Positions 23,641 to 36,974 of a DNA stretch of 64,000 nt are shown piece by piece. The notes beneath the pieces are model-generated. The model was not told where the DNA came from and ran no database searches. It saw only the letters and a list, made by a program, of their open reading frames with translations. The DNA is from Malacoraja senta (Eukaryota): contig CM075995.1 of NCBI GenBank assembly GCA_038087875.1, positions 7,814,001 to 7,878,000 on the forward strand. The letters run 5' to 3'. Positions within the stretch are counted from its first letter, which is position 1; each line of letters begins with the position of its first letter. The position numbers were made by a program, and so were the translations under genes.

Positions 23641-25609
23641 TCATCGCACTTTACAACCTTCATTTCAACTGGAATGCCATTAACTTGCACGGTGACCAAA
23701 GCTTCATCATTTTTTTAATCTGTGCATCAGTGGAATCAGCAGTCATTTGCAGTGTTACCATGTTAGGAGGGAAAGATAGATCAGACATGTTTGTATAGTG
23801 GAGTAGACTTGAAGGGCAGAATGGCCTAATTCTGCTCCTATCACTTATGAATAACAAATTTCTAGTCTACTGGAAGATGTCAACAAACTGATTAGCTTTT
23901 CACAAATGTGCCAAATTAAATTCAATGAGTGAGAACAGATGCATTTGGGAAGGTCAAACAAGACAAAGGAGTACAATTCATAGAATATTCACAAATTAAT
24001 GTTCTAGGAGCAGAATTAGGCCTTTTGGCCCATCGTATCTACTCCATTATCCAATCATGGCTGATCTATCTTTTCCTCTCAACTCCATTCTCCTGCCTTC
24101 TCCCCATAACCCTTGACACCCGTACTAATCAAGAATCTGTCAATCCTCGCCTTAAAAATATTAAAGAAACTTTGAGGAGGAGATCTTTGAATGCATGTTT
24201 GTAGATCCTCAAGTGATAATGCAGGTTGATATGGAAGTTTTGGCTTATGGGACGCTTGTCTTTATTGGCCAAGGCATAGAGGGCAAGAACACAGTGGTGA
24301 TCCAGTCTGTAGGAAATATTAGTCGACCATAGCGCTTATAGTCAGAGTGATAGTGTGCAAGAAGGCCCTTCAGCCCAACTTGCCCACATGTGTTTACAAC
24401 ATAGGAAGCCATTTCAACCTCTTGAGTCTATGACAGACTACAAATCAATTCCATTCTCGCACTAACCTATTCTTCACCAATTACCCCAGATTCTGCATCC
24501 ACCAACACACCCAAGGGCAATTTACAACAGACAACCTGCATGTCTTTGGGATGTGGGAGGAAACCAAAGGAATCCCAAGTAGTCACATGAGAAGAATAGA
24601 TTGGGCAGATGCAGTGTCTCTTCAAGAACCAGAGGATATAGCTTTAAAATGAGGGGAGGGGGGGGGAAGATTTCATAGGAACCCGATGGGTAACCTTTTC
24701 ACGCGAAGGGTGGCAGGTAAATGGCAGGAACTGCCGGAGAAGGTAGTTGGGGCAGGACCTATTGCAACGTTTAAGAAATATCTAGACAGGACAGTGGATA
24801 AGACAGGTTTATGGACCAAATGCAGGCAGGTGTGACTAGTGTGGATGGGACATGTTGGCCGGTGTGGGCAAGTTGGGCCGAAGGGCCTGTTTCCACACTG
24901 TAAGAGAGGAGGTCATGATTGAAGCAGCATCGTTGGAGCAGTGATGCAGCAACTGTATTAGCTGCACCACTGAGCTGGCTCTACAGTTTTAGTCCACACA
25001 CCATAAGAGGGACTACAAAGGATGTATCTAGCCAGGTCTTGTGAATGTACAGTTGTGAAGTAAGACATTGTAGGGTGTTGTTATTTTTCTCTGAAACCAA
25101 GGAGATTTCATTGCGGTGAAAAAATCAATGAGTAGCCTGAATAAATAGGGTGCCGTTATCCATGTTTTTCCCTTTATCATGTATCTAAACACTGTGGATG
25201 GCTCGAATTTTAATCATGTGTTGTCTTTCCGCCGACTGGATAGCATGCAACAAAAGCGTTTCACTGTACCTCTGTGCACGTGACAATAAAATAAACTATG
25301 TTCAGTCTGAAGAAGGGTCCCGAACTGAAACATCACTTATGCATGATCTTCCAGAGATGCTGTCTGACCCGCTGAGTTACTCCAGCATTTTGTGTCTATC
25401 TTCCAGCATCTGCAGTTCCTTCCTACATTCTCCTGATGGTTTGACAGCTCTGACTTGCATTTCACAGATTTAATGTATCTTTGATTTCTCTCCCCATTGA
25501 TACTGCCCAATCTTTTGCCTATTTGCACTTTATTTTCCACCCCAGGATTTCAGCTTCAGCAAAATGATGCTTTTGGGACAAGTTGACTCATAAAGAATAA
25601 ATACTGGCA

Positions 25610-25900
25610 GGGTGAGCAGCGGTAGAGCTGCTGCCCTACAGCGCCAGAGACCGGGGTTCGATCGTGACTACGGGTGCTGTCTGTACGGAGTTTGTACGTT
25701 CTCCCTGTGACTGCGTGGTTTTTCTCCGGATGCTTCAGATTCCCCCTACAATCCAAAGACATGCAGGTTTGTAGGTTAATTGACTTCTGTAAATTACTCC
25801 TAGTGAATAAGATGCAAAAATGGGATAGCATAGGACCAGTATGAATGGGTCGGCGTGGGCACAGTGGGCCAAAGGGCCCGTTTCCGTGCTCTATTTCTAA
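25610..25900 (+). mobile_element. HE1-like V-SINE
   Basis: Head, V-domain and tail as in other copies. Confidence 0.8.
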
Positions 25901-26754
25901 TATCCAAGCACTAGTGACGACCAAAGATAGACACAAAGTGCTGCAGTAACTCAGCGGGTCAGACAGCATCTTTGGAGAAATAGGATGGGTGAGGTTTTGG
26001 GCCAGGACCCTTCTTCAGATTGAAGTCTGAATATTATGGTGGAGATTAATAGGTTCTCGATTAGTCCGGGTGTCAGGGGTGATGTTGAGATGGCAGGAGA
26101 ATGGGGTTGAGAGGGAAAGATAGATAGCAGAGTGGACCTGATGGGACGAATGGCTTAATTCTGCTCCTATAGCTTATGAAGGATCCCGACGTGAAACATT
26201 ACACCAGCTCTTTACGTTTATCTTCGGTACAAACCAGCATCTAAAGAAGAGTCTCGACCCAAAACGTCATCTATTCCTTCTCTCCAGTGATGCTGACTGT
26301 CCCGCTGAGTTACTCCAGCATTGTGTGTCTATCTTCGATGTAGACCAGCATCTGCAGTTCCTTCCTACACATTTCATCTGCAGTTCCTTGTTTCTGCTAG
26401 TGGTGACCAGTTGCCCCAATTGGCCTGTCTGCAGTGAATGCAATTGCATTCCTTGTAATACTATTCATCACGTTCACATGATTGCAAGCCCATAAGTTGC
26501 AGCATCTAACTGACCTATGACAAATGGATTATCAAATCACACCACTCATTACAATAAGCTCCTGTTACCACGGAGATACATGGTGATGCTGGATCAGCAG
26601 TGGAGCACAAGCAGAGAACAAGTACCGAAGACAGACACACAAGTCTCTCTTCGGTGTAAACCAGCATCTGCAGTTCCTTCCTACACAGAGAATAAATACC
26701 GTCCGATCGCTTGGATAACAATAGGCTGCAATGCTGGAATGAAACATGAAATCT

Positions 26755-27450
26755 TCCACCGGGTGGCGCCAGCAATGGCTGCCTCGCCAACAAGTCTGTC
26801 TGTCCTTTCTTTCTTTTGTGTTTAATAGTATGTGTTAAATGTATGTTTTTAGTGTTCTTCAGCTTGTTTTATGTGGGGGGTGGGGGAAACATTTTCTAAT
26901 CTCTTACCACGACGGAGATTAGATTTCTTTCCGTACCGTATCTCCGTCCGCACTGCAGCCTAACATGGAGGAGTTGGTGGCCTTTGTTGGAGACCCACTT
27001 TTGAGAGCTCCACTGCGGGTGCCTATGGAAATTTAACATCACGGAGCCCGCGATCCCTTTGCCAGGGATCGACCTCGGAGCTCCAACCGCGGGGTGCTTG
27101 CAGATTTAACATCACGGAGCCTGCAGTCTCTGGTTAGAGACTGACTTCAGGAACTCTAAGCCATAGGAGCTTCGACCGCCCCGACGCGGGGGCTTCCATC
27201 GCCGGCTGCGGGAGCTTCGATCGCCCCGACCGATGGTTCCACTGGCCCAACCGCAGGAGAATAAAGAGGAAAAAGATTGGACTTTTTAGCCTTCCATTAC
27301 AGGGAGGAATGTGGGGAATCCACTGTGGTGGATGTTTATGTTAGCTTTTATGTAGTTGTGTGTCTTGTTGCTTTTTTTTTCATATGGCACCATGGTAAAT
27401 CCATATCACCGTACCTTAATTGGTACATGTGACAATAAAAGACCTTTGAA
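26755..27450 (+). mobile_element. Unclassified non-coding retroelement with LINE-type 3' tail
   Basis: CpG-rich body with internal repeats (tttaacatcacggagcc twice; gcttcga...cgccccgac twice) ending 'gtaccttaattggtacatgtgacaataaa', resembling the other Rex/L2-type tails in the window. Confidence 0.5.
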
Positions 27451-27612
27451 AAACCTTTTAAATGCAGACAGATATAGGTGCTTTATTATGCTGAACTGTA
27501 TAAATTAGGCACAATATTGCTTGAGTACCAAGGAGGTCAGGTTTGGATTAATACAAGATTCAATGTTTTTTTTTTTTTTTAATCAGCATCTGATATATAG
27601 CCTGGGACTGGA

Positions 27613-28370
27613 TGTCAAGTATCCCGACAGGCTTTGGGAGGATGCTACTAGGTAGAGACAGACAGAGCAAAATGCTGGAGCCAGGAGAACAAAGCACAGT
27701 GAAAATGGTCACGTGATGGACATCTGGTGAGAACAGAGCTGCAAGTGACTTCATGGCTAGGCAGTATGGCCATGAGAAGATAAGGTGTAAGGGAATGGCC
27801 ATTTTCCAAAGGAACTGTATGATGAGAATGAAAATATGAACAGGCAACATAATTAAGGATTCCCTAGCCTGATAAGGAACGAAGATGCGTTTTGTTTATT
27901 CAGCACTTGGATGAGTGACAACTCAAAATGATTGACTTTAGAATTGTGAGAGCCTTGGGTTAGAACAAAGGCTTCCTTTAGGAAATTGAAGGAAAATTAG
28001 TATAAAAGGGCGGTCCGAGACATCGGCAGCGACATCCCGGGAACAACCATCGCAAGAAGGAGGGACCCGAGCTCGAAGCTCAGAGAAGACTACCCCCCAC
28101 CAACAGAGTGAATCTGACCAATTCATTCATACGGGTAATAGCTGACTCCAAGTCATGAGTTTTGTGATTTAGTTTAAGAAGTGAGAAGTTGAAATAGTAA
28201 AGTAAATGAGAAGTTATTAGAAGTCAATTGTTTGCGTGCATGGTTAAAGTTACTCAAGTGTTAATAAAGATTAAGTTGTACTAAACTAAACTAAAGCTTG
28301 GTGTAGAGTCTTTTGTTCGACACGTCAGTTGATATCCTATAGAAGTAATAGGGTCAACAGATACTTGTAA
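27613..28370 (+). mobile_element. Putative solo LTR (boundaries uncertain)
   Basis: TATAAAAGGG at 28001, CpG-rich R-like segment, AATAAA at 28263; candidate ends TGTCAAGTATC (27613) and GATACTTG (28360) or ...TCAACA (28359). No clean TSD found. Confidence 0.45.
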
Positions 28371-29306
28371 CTAATCTGCTTCCACCTAATGCTGAGATGA
28401 GTTTTGACTGGATATTAACAGTCGGTTTACACTTCTGACTCCCTTTTCTCCAGAGAAGGTGCCGGACCCACCGAGTTACTCCAGCACTTTGTTTCTATGT
28501 TACACTTCTGACTTGTTGCTCATTTAACCTATATCTGTTTTCTATTCATCTGTATACATAAAAATTCAAAAGTCAAATAGAGAATACCATAGAAGATAGA
28601 CACAAAAAGCTGGAGTAACGCAGCGGATTAGGCAGTATCTCAGGTGAAAAGGAACAGGTGACATTTCGGATCGAGACCCTTCTTCCGACCAGAAACATCA
28701 CCTATACCTTTTCTCCTGCTGCCTGTCCCACTGAGTTACTCCAGCTTTTTGTGTCTATCTTCAGTTTAATCCAGCATCTGCAGTTCCTCCCTACAGAGAT
28801 TACCATCGCCAATTACAAGCTTCTGCAAGTTTTATTGTAATTGTGAAATGTTTTCTCGGTTCGAATTTCTTCCTTAATTCTTTCAAACTTTGTATTAACC
28901 ACCAGTGCAAATCAAAAACGTCAACATTTGCAATGAAAGCACATTAATCCACGACAAACTGAAAAATAAAGTACACGCAAAATGCAGGAGTAACTCAGCG
29001 GGGGCAGGCAGTGTGAATATGCAGGGATTTGGGTAATTTGGGAAATGGCAGGTGTCTGTGAAAGATTGGTGTAGATTGTGTTCTGGTGCTCCTGGCCACA
29101 CACTCATCACCCCGCTACCTTCAGGTAGAAGGTACAGGAGCCTGAAGACTGCAACGACCAGTTTCAGGAATAGCTACTTCCCCACAGCCATCAGGTTATT
29201 AAACTTGGCTCGGACAAAACTCTGAACATTAATAACCCATTATCTGTTATTTGCACTTTATCAGTTTATTTATTCATGTGTGTATATATTCATACAATGG
29301 TATATG

Positions 29307-29968
29307 TAGGTATGTTACAAAACTTACCTTCAGTCGCGCTGTAATTCTGCCACTGGCCGTGTGCGTGATTTTGGCGCCTTTAAGGGGGGGCGGGGTTAAA
29401 ACGCGGGTTTCTCCTCCCTTGTCCTGGTTAATATTTTGTTGGAGTACAAGCCTTGGCTGACAAATCGTTCCTACCGGCATTTTGTGAAGTTTTTTTTAAA
29501 AATTAAATCGTCAATGTCAGCGCTAGAGTAATTTTAAAAGCAGCTCCTGAAGCGTCAACGCCGATAACGGGGACGGATTTCGCACACGGGACAGGTAAAC
29601 GAAAGTGGTTTCTTTAAATGTATAAAAGTGCTTCTTAAGAAGCCTTTAATTCACATTTTTTTCATGCGACACGGTGATTTTATTCCCCGAATTAACGGCA
29701 GTATTTTTCATGCCAATACGGGGTTAAATTCACCGCAAATGAACGTTCCAAAAGATAACTGTCCTCGATCACAGCTTTTGTGTTAAGTCAATGGAAAAGC
29801 AATAGGGGACTAGATGCTAATTTCTGAGTATGATAATGGCCATAACTTTTTTAATACTGAAGATATGAAAGTGAATTAAGTGTCAAATTAAACTTCTTTT
29901 TATGCTTTATCTGATGGGATAAATTGCAGACTTTATTTTTAAAATCTCAAAATTTTGTAACATTGCTA
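29307..29968. mobile_element. Non-autonomous TIR DNA transposon (TAG...CTA termini) inside a Rex1-type LINE tail
   Basis: Imperfect TIRs taggtatgttacaaaa / ttttgtaacattgcta; GTATATG at 29300-29306 and 29969-29975. Confidence 0.75.
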
Positions 29969-30317
29969 GTATATGGACACACTGATCTGTTCTGTAGTCA
30001 TGCCTACTATGTTCTGTTGTGCTGAAGCAAAGCAAGAATTTCATTGTCCTATCAGGGACACATGACAATAAACTCTCTTGAACTTGAACTTGATTGGCTA
30101 TTTCATACCAGCCAATTTAATGTGTTGTGTCTTGATGTGTGTTCGAGTCAACTCATTACAATTGGGCTTCACTGATAGTGACAATACATTGCAAGATGCT
30201 GGAGATCCATGTGACCTAGCTGGCATCAGTAAGTCTGGACCTCTGAAGAAGCTCCAGGAAGCTTCTGCCCATGTGACCCACCTGTCGCAACTAAGTCTGG
30301 CTTCCTAAAGAGGTTTC

Positions 30318-30757
30318 TGTTATGTTTTAATACACTGACGCTTGTTCCATGTCTGTGATTGGTTCGAGGAGTTTTATGTCTCTACTTTGTTTCTGTGTCT
30401 TCCCGCCGGTATCTGTCATTGGTCGAGGGGTTACCTCACCGAATATGTTTTAACTTTATTTCTGTATAATGAATAGGTGCCGTGATTGGCTTGAAGGGGT
30501 TTGCCTCACCCTGTACTTCCGCGCCGTTAGTTTTCCCGCCACTGTATAGGGGTATAAAAGGGCGATCGATTCGTTGGGGCGTGTCGGTTGTCTTTCCTTC
30601 TGTTCTGTTTACGCGAGGCTGCTGAGAGCTTGAGTGAGTGGATCCGAGGCCGGCCCCGCGGTGTTGTATACGAATAAAGAAGGGTTTGTACTCCAGTGTT
30701 TGACTCGGTGGTTTACGGAACCAGACTAGGGAGAGAGTATTAGATCCGGAATCAACA
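30318..30757 (+). mobile_element. Putative solo LTR
   Basis: TGTT...AACA ends, three ATTGG (reverse CCAAT) boxes near 30358, 30418 and 30486, TATAAAAG at 30554, AATAAA near 30674. TSD not evident; the 5' edge may lie further upstream. Confidence 0.6.
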
Positions 30758-31188
30758 TTAGCATCTCTGGATAGAAGGAATCTGACGATTTGGGTACAGA
30801 CCCTTCTTCACCCAATCCTTCTATCCAGAGATGCTGCCTGTCCCGCTGAATTACTTCAGCATTTTGTGTCTATATTTGGTGTAAACTAGCATCTGCGCAT
30901 CCTTTCTTACAAATAAAGTACACATCCATTTCCCCCAGATTTTATGTAACAGATGTTTTTGGTTCCAAAATAGAGTTCCCTACCAACTTCTACAGATGCA
31001 CCATAGGAAGCATTATCTCAGGATGTATCGCAGCTTGGTTTGTGAACAGCTCCATCCAAGACCGCTAGTAATTGCAGCGAATTGTGGACGCAGCTAAGAC
31101 CATCATACAAACCATCCTCCCTTCCATTGACCCCATTTATACCTCACGCTACCTTGGCAAGGCCAGCAGCATAATCAAGGACGAGTGG

Positions 31189-32231
31189 CAGGCCAAGGAA
31201 GACCTCCACAGCAGATGACAGAAGAATTCTCTCTATAACAAAGAAAAAAAAACAAACACCTGTCCGACAAATCAGAAACACGCTTCAGGAGTGGATTTGT
31301 CAATGACCACTGTCCGCAGTAGGCTTCATGAACAGTAATACAGAGGCTACACTGCAAGATGCAAACTACTGGTTAGCCGCAAAAATAGGATGGACATGTT
31401 ACAATTTGCTAAGAAGTACTTAAAAGAGCAACCACAGTTCTGGAGGAGAGAAGGAACGGCCCAAGATCCAAAACAGATTCACCTCATCTGTGAAATACGG
31501 TGGTGGGGGTGTTATGGCCTGGGCATGTATGGCTGCTGAAGGTACTGGCTCACTTATCTTCATTGATGATACAACTGCTGATCGTAGTAGCATAATGAAT
31601 TCTGAAGTGTATAGACACATCCTCTCTGCTCAAGTTCAAACAAATGTCTCAAAACTCATTGGCCGGCGGTTCATTCTACAGCAAGACAATGATCCCAAAC
31701 ATACTACTAAAGCAACAAAGGAGTTTTTCAAAGCTAAAAAATGGTCAATTCTGAGTGTGGTCCATCACCTGATCTGAAACCAATTGAGCATGCCTTATAT
31801 AGGCTGAAGAGAAAACTGAAGGGACTAGGCCCCAAAACAAACATGCTAAAGGTGGCTGTAACACAGGCCTGGCAGAGCATCACCAGAGAAGACATCCAGT
31901 AACTGGTGATGTCCATGAATCGCAGATTTCAAACAGTCATTGCATGCAAAGGATATGCAACAAAATGCTAAACATGACTACTTTCATTTACATTATATTG
32001 CTGTGTCATAAATATTATGGTGCCATGAAAGGGGGGGGGGGGGGGGGGGGGGGACCTATGTATAAACACTGCTGTAACTTCTACATGTATAAAAATGGCC
32101 TTTATTAAAATCTGACAACGTGCACTTTAACCACATGAGATTTTTGTTTCTCTTACAAATCTCAAATTGTAGAGTACAAAGGCAAATAAATAAATGATGG
32201 GTCTTTGTCCCAAACATTATGGAGGGCACTG
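31189..32231 (+). mobile_element. Tc1/mariner transposon remnant (5'-truncated, right IR/DR end intact)
   Basis: RPRKTSTADDRRI, VKYGGGGVMAWACM, FILQQDNDPKH and SPDLKPIEH in broken frames; ends ...ggagggcactg|TA; direct repeat tgtc(at/cc)aaa(t/c)attatgg at 32004 and 32206. Confidence 0.9.
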
Positions 32232-32499
32232 TATCGGTACATTATGAATGGCTCGATTGTGGTCATGTATTGTTTTTCCCCTGACTGGGTAGCACGCAAC
32301 AAAAGCTTTTCACTATCCCTCGGTACACGTGGCAGACAATAAACTAAACTCAAACTGAACTGAGACATCATCACAGCTTGGTTTAGGAACAGCTCCATAA
32401 AAGACCGCAAGAAAGACCTTGAAATATCTACAGAGACTGGTGAATATTGAATTCACTTTTTTTTTTTTAAAAGACAATCATCAAGTGCTGGATTCTCCT

Positions 32500-33075
32500 C
32501 CCAGTGCAAAAGGTCACGTCCGGAGTTTGGTTTGCCAGGGAATCTGGAGCTTTGCGCCTTTGAACCGGCCGCGGGCAGTGTTGGGATGCAGAGGGAGGGA
32601 ACGCCCGTGGGTGCAGAGAGAGGGAGGACCGTGGGTGCAGAGGAAGGGCTCATGGGTGAAGAGGGAGGGAGCACCCAAGGGTGCACAGGGAGTGCCCGGT
32701 TACAGAGTGAGCGGCGCGCGTGTACAGGGAGAGACTAGAGCACGCCCCAGGTAGCGACAGCGGTGCCCGGGCTCCGCTCACCTTTGAGGCCAACGCCCGC
32801 AAAACATCCCCCTCCCTCCCAGAGCTGCCGGCCGGGGATACACGGCGCTGGCACTGATGGGCGGGCAGGGAGAGAGATTGGAATGGCCAGGACTGCAAGT
32901 GGTGCCAGGCATCTGCAGACCACCTCTGGCAGCTGGTTCCCGCGGTCGGGGGGTGGAGAGGGAGCGCTGCAGAGCCGCTACTCAACGCCAGGTAGGGTAG
33001 AGAAAGGGAACTCTTACCCCTCCCCTCCCTCTCTATCCCCCCTCCCCCATCCTCTCTCTGCCCCACCCTCACCCC
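32500..33075 (-). promoter_or_regulatory. CpG island; candidate adnp2 promoter / non-coding first exon
   Basis: High GC and CpG non-repeat segment; strong minus-strand donor AAG|gtgagc with exon edge at 32782. The adnp2 ATG exon starts with an acceptor, so an upstream exon is required. Confidence 0.55.
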
Positions 33076-33077
33076 AC

Positions 33078-34338
33078 ATTAGCGAATTTGCAGATGACAC
33101 AAAGCTGGGTGGCAGTGTGAACTGTGAGGAAGATGCTATGAGGATGCAGGGTGACAGGTTGGGGGAGTGGGCAGATGCATGGCAGATGCAGTTTAATGTG
33201 GATAAATGTGGGGTTATCCACTTTGGTGGCAAAAACAGGAAGTCAGATTATTATCTAAATGGTGTCAAATTGGGAAAAGGGAAGTACAACAGGGTCTGGG
33301 GGTCCTTGTTCGTCAGTCACTGAAAGTAAGCATGCAGGTACAGCAGGCAGCGAAGAAAGCTAATGGCATGTTGGCCTTCATAACAAAAGAAGTTGAGTAT
33401 AGGAGCAAAGAGGTCCTTCTGCAGTTGGACAGAGCCCTAGTGAGACCACACCTGGAGTATTGTGTGCAGTTTTGGTCTCCAAATTTGCGGAAGGACATTC
33501 TGGCTATTGAGTGAGTGCAGTGTAGGTTCACGAGGTTAATTCCCGGGATGGCGGGACTGTCATATGTTGATTGGATTGGATTCAATTTATTGTCATTGTC
33601 TCATAAGAGACAACGAAATGGATTTTCCTTACAGTCATAAAAAAAAAAATTTAAAGCACAAACACAGAAGTCTACGACACAATAGAATGGAGCGGCCAGG
33701 CTTGTATACTCTGGAATTTAGGAAGAGAGGGGATCTTATTGAAACATACAAGATTATTAAGGGTTTGGACACGCTAGAGTAGGGGTCGGCAACCTACGGC
33801 CCCCGGGCCGAATCCGGCCTGTAACCCGTAATCATCCAGCCCGCAGGCGTATTTTTTTCTCTCAATCATCCGGCTCCCAGACTTCCGTCATCCCCGGTAC
33901 CTGGATGGTGATTTTCAGACCAAGGGTCGGGTGAAATACTGAAAAAGTGCTGCCCATCACCCTGCAATGGCGGAGTGCCAAGCTCTGGCTGTACCGCATC
34001 CTGCGCTAAGCTACCGGCACGGCCGCGCACCTTCTGTGTCTGGGCTTCACTGTCGGGATCGGAGTTGTCAGTAGGCCCGGGACGAGTGAGTGTGATATTT
34101 GAGCTCAGTGCGTCCTCGAAGGGGCGGGATCTATGTGAACACGTGATTTGATGCCTGCATTCCGGGGCGGGATCATGTGTACACGTGATAGATGAGGCCC
34201 GCCATCCGCTCACAGATAAGTGTCCTGGCACCCTTGGCAGAAAAGGTTGCCGACCCCCTGCGCTAGAGGCGGGAAACATGTTCCCGATGTTGGGGGAGCC
34301 CAGAACCAGGGGGCCACAGTTTAAAAAAGGAGTAAGCC
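33078..34338 (+). mobile_element. CR1 RT/3' fragment with nested insertions, truncated by the gap
   Basis: [33 protein letters not shown]. Confidence 0.88.
33780..34260. mobile_element. hAT (Charlie-like) MITE
   Basis: TIRs taggggtcggcaacct / aggttgccgaccccctg; exact 8-bp TSD CGCTAGAG at 33772-33779 and 34261-34268. Confidence 0.92.
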
Positions 34339-34538
34339 NNNNNNNNNNNNNNNNNNNNNNNNNNNNNNNNNNNNNNNNNNNNNNNNNNNNNNNNNNNNNN
34401 NNNNNNNNNNNNNNNNNNNNNNNNNNNNNNNNNNNNNNNNNNNNNNNNNNNNNNNNNNNNNNNNNNNNNNNNNNNNNNNNNNNNNNNNNNNNNNNNNNNN
34501 NNNNNNNNNNNNNNNNNNNNNNNNNNNNNNNNNNNNNN
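34339..34538. other. Assembly gap (200 N)
   Basis: Run of N. Confidence 1.
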
Positions 34539-35150
34539 CCCAGCGGTAGAGTTGCTGCCTCACAGCGCTAGAGACCCAGGGTACGATCCCATCTATGGGC
34601 GCTGTCTGTATGGAGTTTGCACGTTCTCCCCGTGACCTGCGCGGGTTTTCTCCGGGTGCTCCGATTTCCCTCCATACTCCAAAGACGTACAGGTTTGTAG
34701 GTTAATTGGCTTCGATAAAGATTGTAAATTGTCTCTGGTGTGTAAAATAGTGCTAGTGTGCCGGTAGCCACTGGTCGGCGCGGACTCGGTGGGCCAAAGG
34801 GCCTGTTTCCGCGCTGTTTCTCTAAACTAAACTAAATCTAAACATGCCTGTACATTCATAGAAAATAGGTGCAGGAGGAGGCCATTCGGCCCTTCAAGCC
34901 AGCACCGCCATTCATTGTGATCATGGCTGATCGTCGCCAATCAATAACCCGTGCCTGGCTTCTCCCCATATCCCTTGACTCCACTAGCTTCTAGAGCTCT
35001 ATCTAACTCTCTCTTAAATCCATCCAGTGAATTGGCCTCCACTGCCCTCTGTGGCAGGGAATTCCACAAATTCACAACTCTCTGGGTGAAAAAGTTTGTT
35101 CTCACCTCAGACCTGCCCTTTATTCTAAGACTGTGGCCCCTGGTTCTGGA
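34539..35150. mobile_element. HE1-like SINE (+, to ~34840) followed by CR1 3' fragment (-)
   Basis: Family motifs as above. Confidence 0.82.
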
Positions 35151-35853
35151 ATTCAAATCAATGGCTCCCAATTTCTATGTTTTAGCTGGTTCACCTTCAA
35201 CATTATTGATTTCATTATTTCTCTTGATCATAATTAAAACCAAAATTCCTTCACTTGAGAAATAATGCTGTTGTTAACTCTCTTGGTGGGGTAAAAAACT
35301 GAGATGGCAGAAAAGTTGATTCACTTGAATCCATGTTTAGTTTAGTTTAGAGCTGCAGCAAGTTATAATGATGTACTGTATTGTGGTTCTGCTGACTGGT
35401 TAGCATTCAACAAAAGCTTTCCCCTACACGTGACAATAAACTGAACTGAAACTATTCAGGAAAGATCTGAAGAAGGGTCTCGACCCAAAACGTAATGCAT
35501 TCCTTCTCTCCAGAGATGTTGCCTGTCCCGCTGAGTTACTCCAGCATTTTGTGTCTATCTTCGTTATGGACTACTGAATGTTGGAACAGAAATAGATTAA
35601 ACAGTCTTCGGGCAAATTACAGAAATATGGAGATGTAACCTCCTTAATATATAAATTCCTTAATTAAGTAGATTGCAACTGGGAAATGAATAATGCAAGA
35701 AAAGGTCTGCTTTTTGCATTTGGCTGAAAGCCAACTTCTATGAAAGTACAATGATGTGGCAAATACGCAACCAGTTTTAAAAATGCACAATTTTCTCCAT
35801 TCTCTTAAGATCAAAGTCAATGATATGTTGCTGAAATGCCGATGATACACTAA

Positions 35854-36354
35854 AGAGCCTGTCCCACTTGGGCGACCTAGTTCTTTAGAGTTTGCCCTCG
35901 ACTCATACTCGCAGCATGGTCGACACGAGGTCGTAGGAGGTGTTTGTAACTCTCCTTCATGCTCGAGAGTGGTCCCCGCGTACTCGAGGCCTCAGCCAGG
36001 TCGCGGCGTATTTTTCAACATGTTGAAAAATGCCCGCGAGTAAAAAAAGGTCGCCATGGAAAAAATTGATACTTTTTTTACTCGTAGGTTTAGTCGTAGT
36101 TGATCGGCATGTTAGTCGTAGGTAATCGAGGGTAATCGAAGGTAGTCGTAGATAGTCTTCATCATAGTCGAAGGGAGGTCGAAGGAGGTCGTCTTCACTC
36201 TCCACTATTCGGTGTCCAATTTTCCCGAAGTTAGTCGTTAGTCTTCAACATAGTTGAAGGAGGTCTTTTACATGGTCGAAGGAGGTCTTCAACATGTCAT
36301 TCTTTCAAACTCTCCTAAACTCTCCAATTAGGTCGCCCAAGTGGGACAGCCCCT
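35854..36354. mobile_element. PIF/Harbinger-type MITE
   Basis: TIRs agagcctgtcccacttgggcgacct / aggtcgcccaagtgggacagcccct; TAA at 35851-35853 and 36355-36357. Confidence 0.88.
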
Positions 36355-36974
36355 TAACACCAGTTCTATGTCTCTCTATCAGTGTGTTTTCAGAATAAGA
36401 AGAGGAATCCAAAAATTAAGTGTAATCATTGTAGTACAGGTAAGTGTACCCTTCGAACCAGCACCGCCATTCAATATGATCATGGATGATCATCCAAAAT
36501 CAGTATCCCGTTCTTGCTTTCTCCCCATATCCCTTGATTCCTTTAGCCCTAAGAGCTAAATCTAAATCTCTCTTGAATACATCCAGTGAATTGGCCTCCA
36601 CTGCCTTCTGTGGCGGAGAATTCCACAGATTCACAACTCTGGGTGAGCAGGTTTTTCCTCATCTCAGTCCTAAATGGCCTACCCCTTATTCTTAAACTGT
36701 GACGTAAACTGGTTCTGGACTCCCCCAACGTCGGGAACATTTTTCCTGCATCTAGCCTGTCCAATCACTTAAGAATTTTACATGTTTTATATGTTTCTAT
36801 AAGATCCAATATATAAGTGACAATAATAAACCTAACTGTATTATAACCCCTATCAAGATCAGTGGTCTCATGCACTAGTCCCTAATTCACCTTTACATTT
36901 CCTGTTATTCTCTATCCATATGGTGTTCTGAAGAATAGGTTCGACTAATTCTCCAATTGCCACATTCAATATAA

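Noticed and set aside
32419..33323. ORFs across the CpG island
   Set aside because: GC-driven open frames; the only recognisable part is CR1 RT after 33078.
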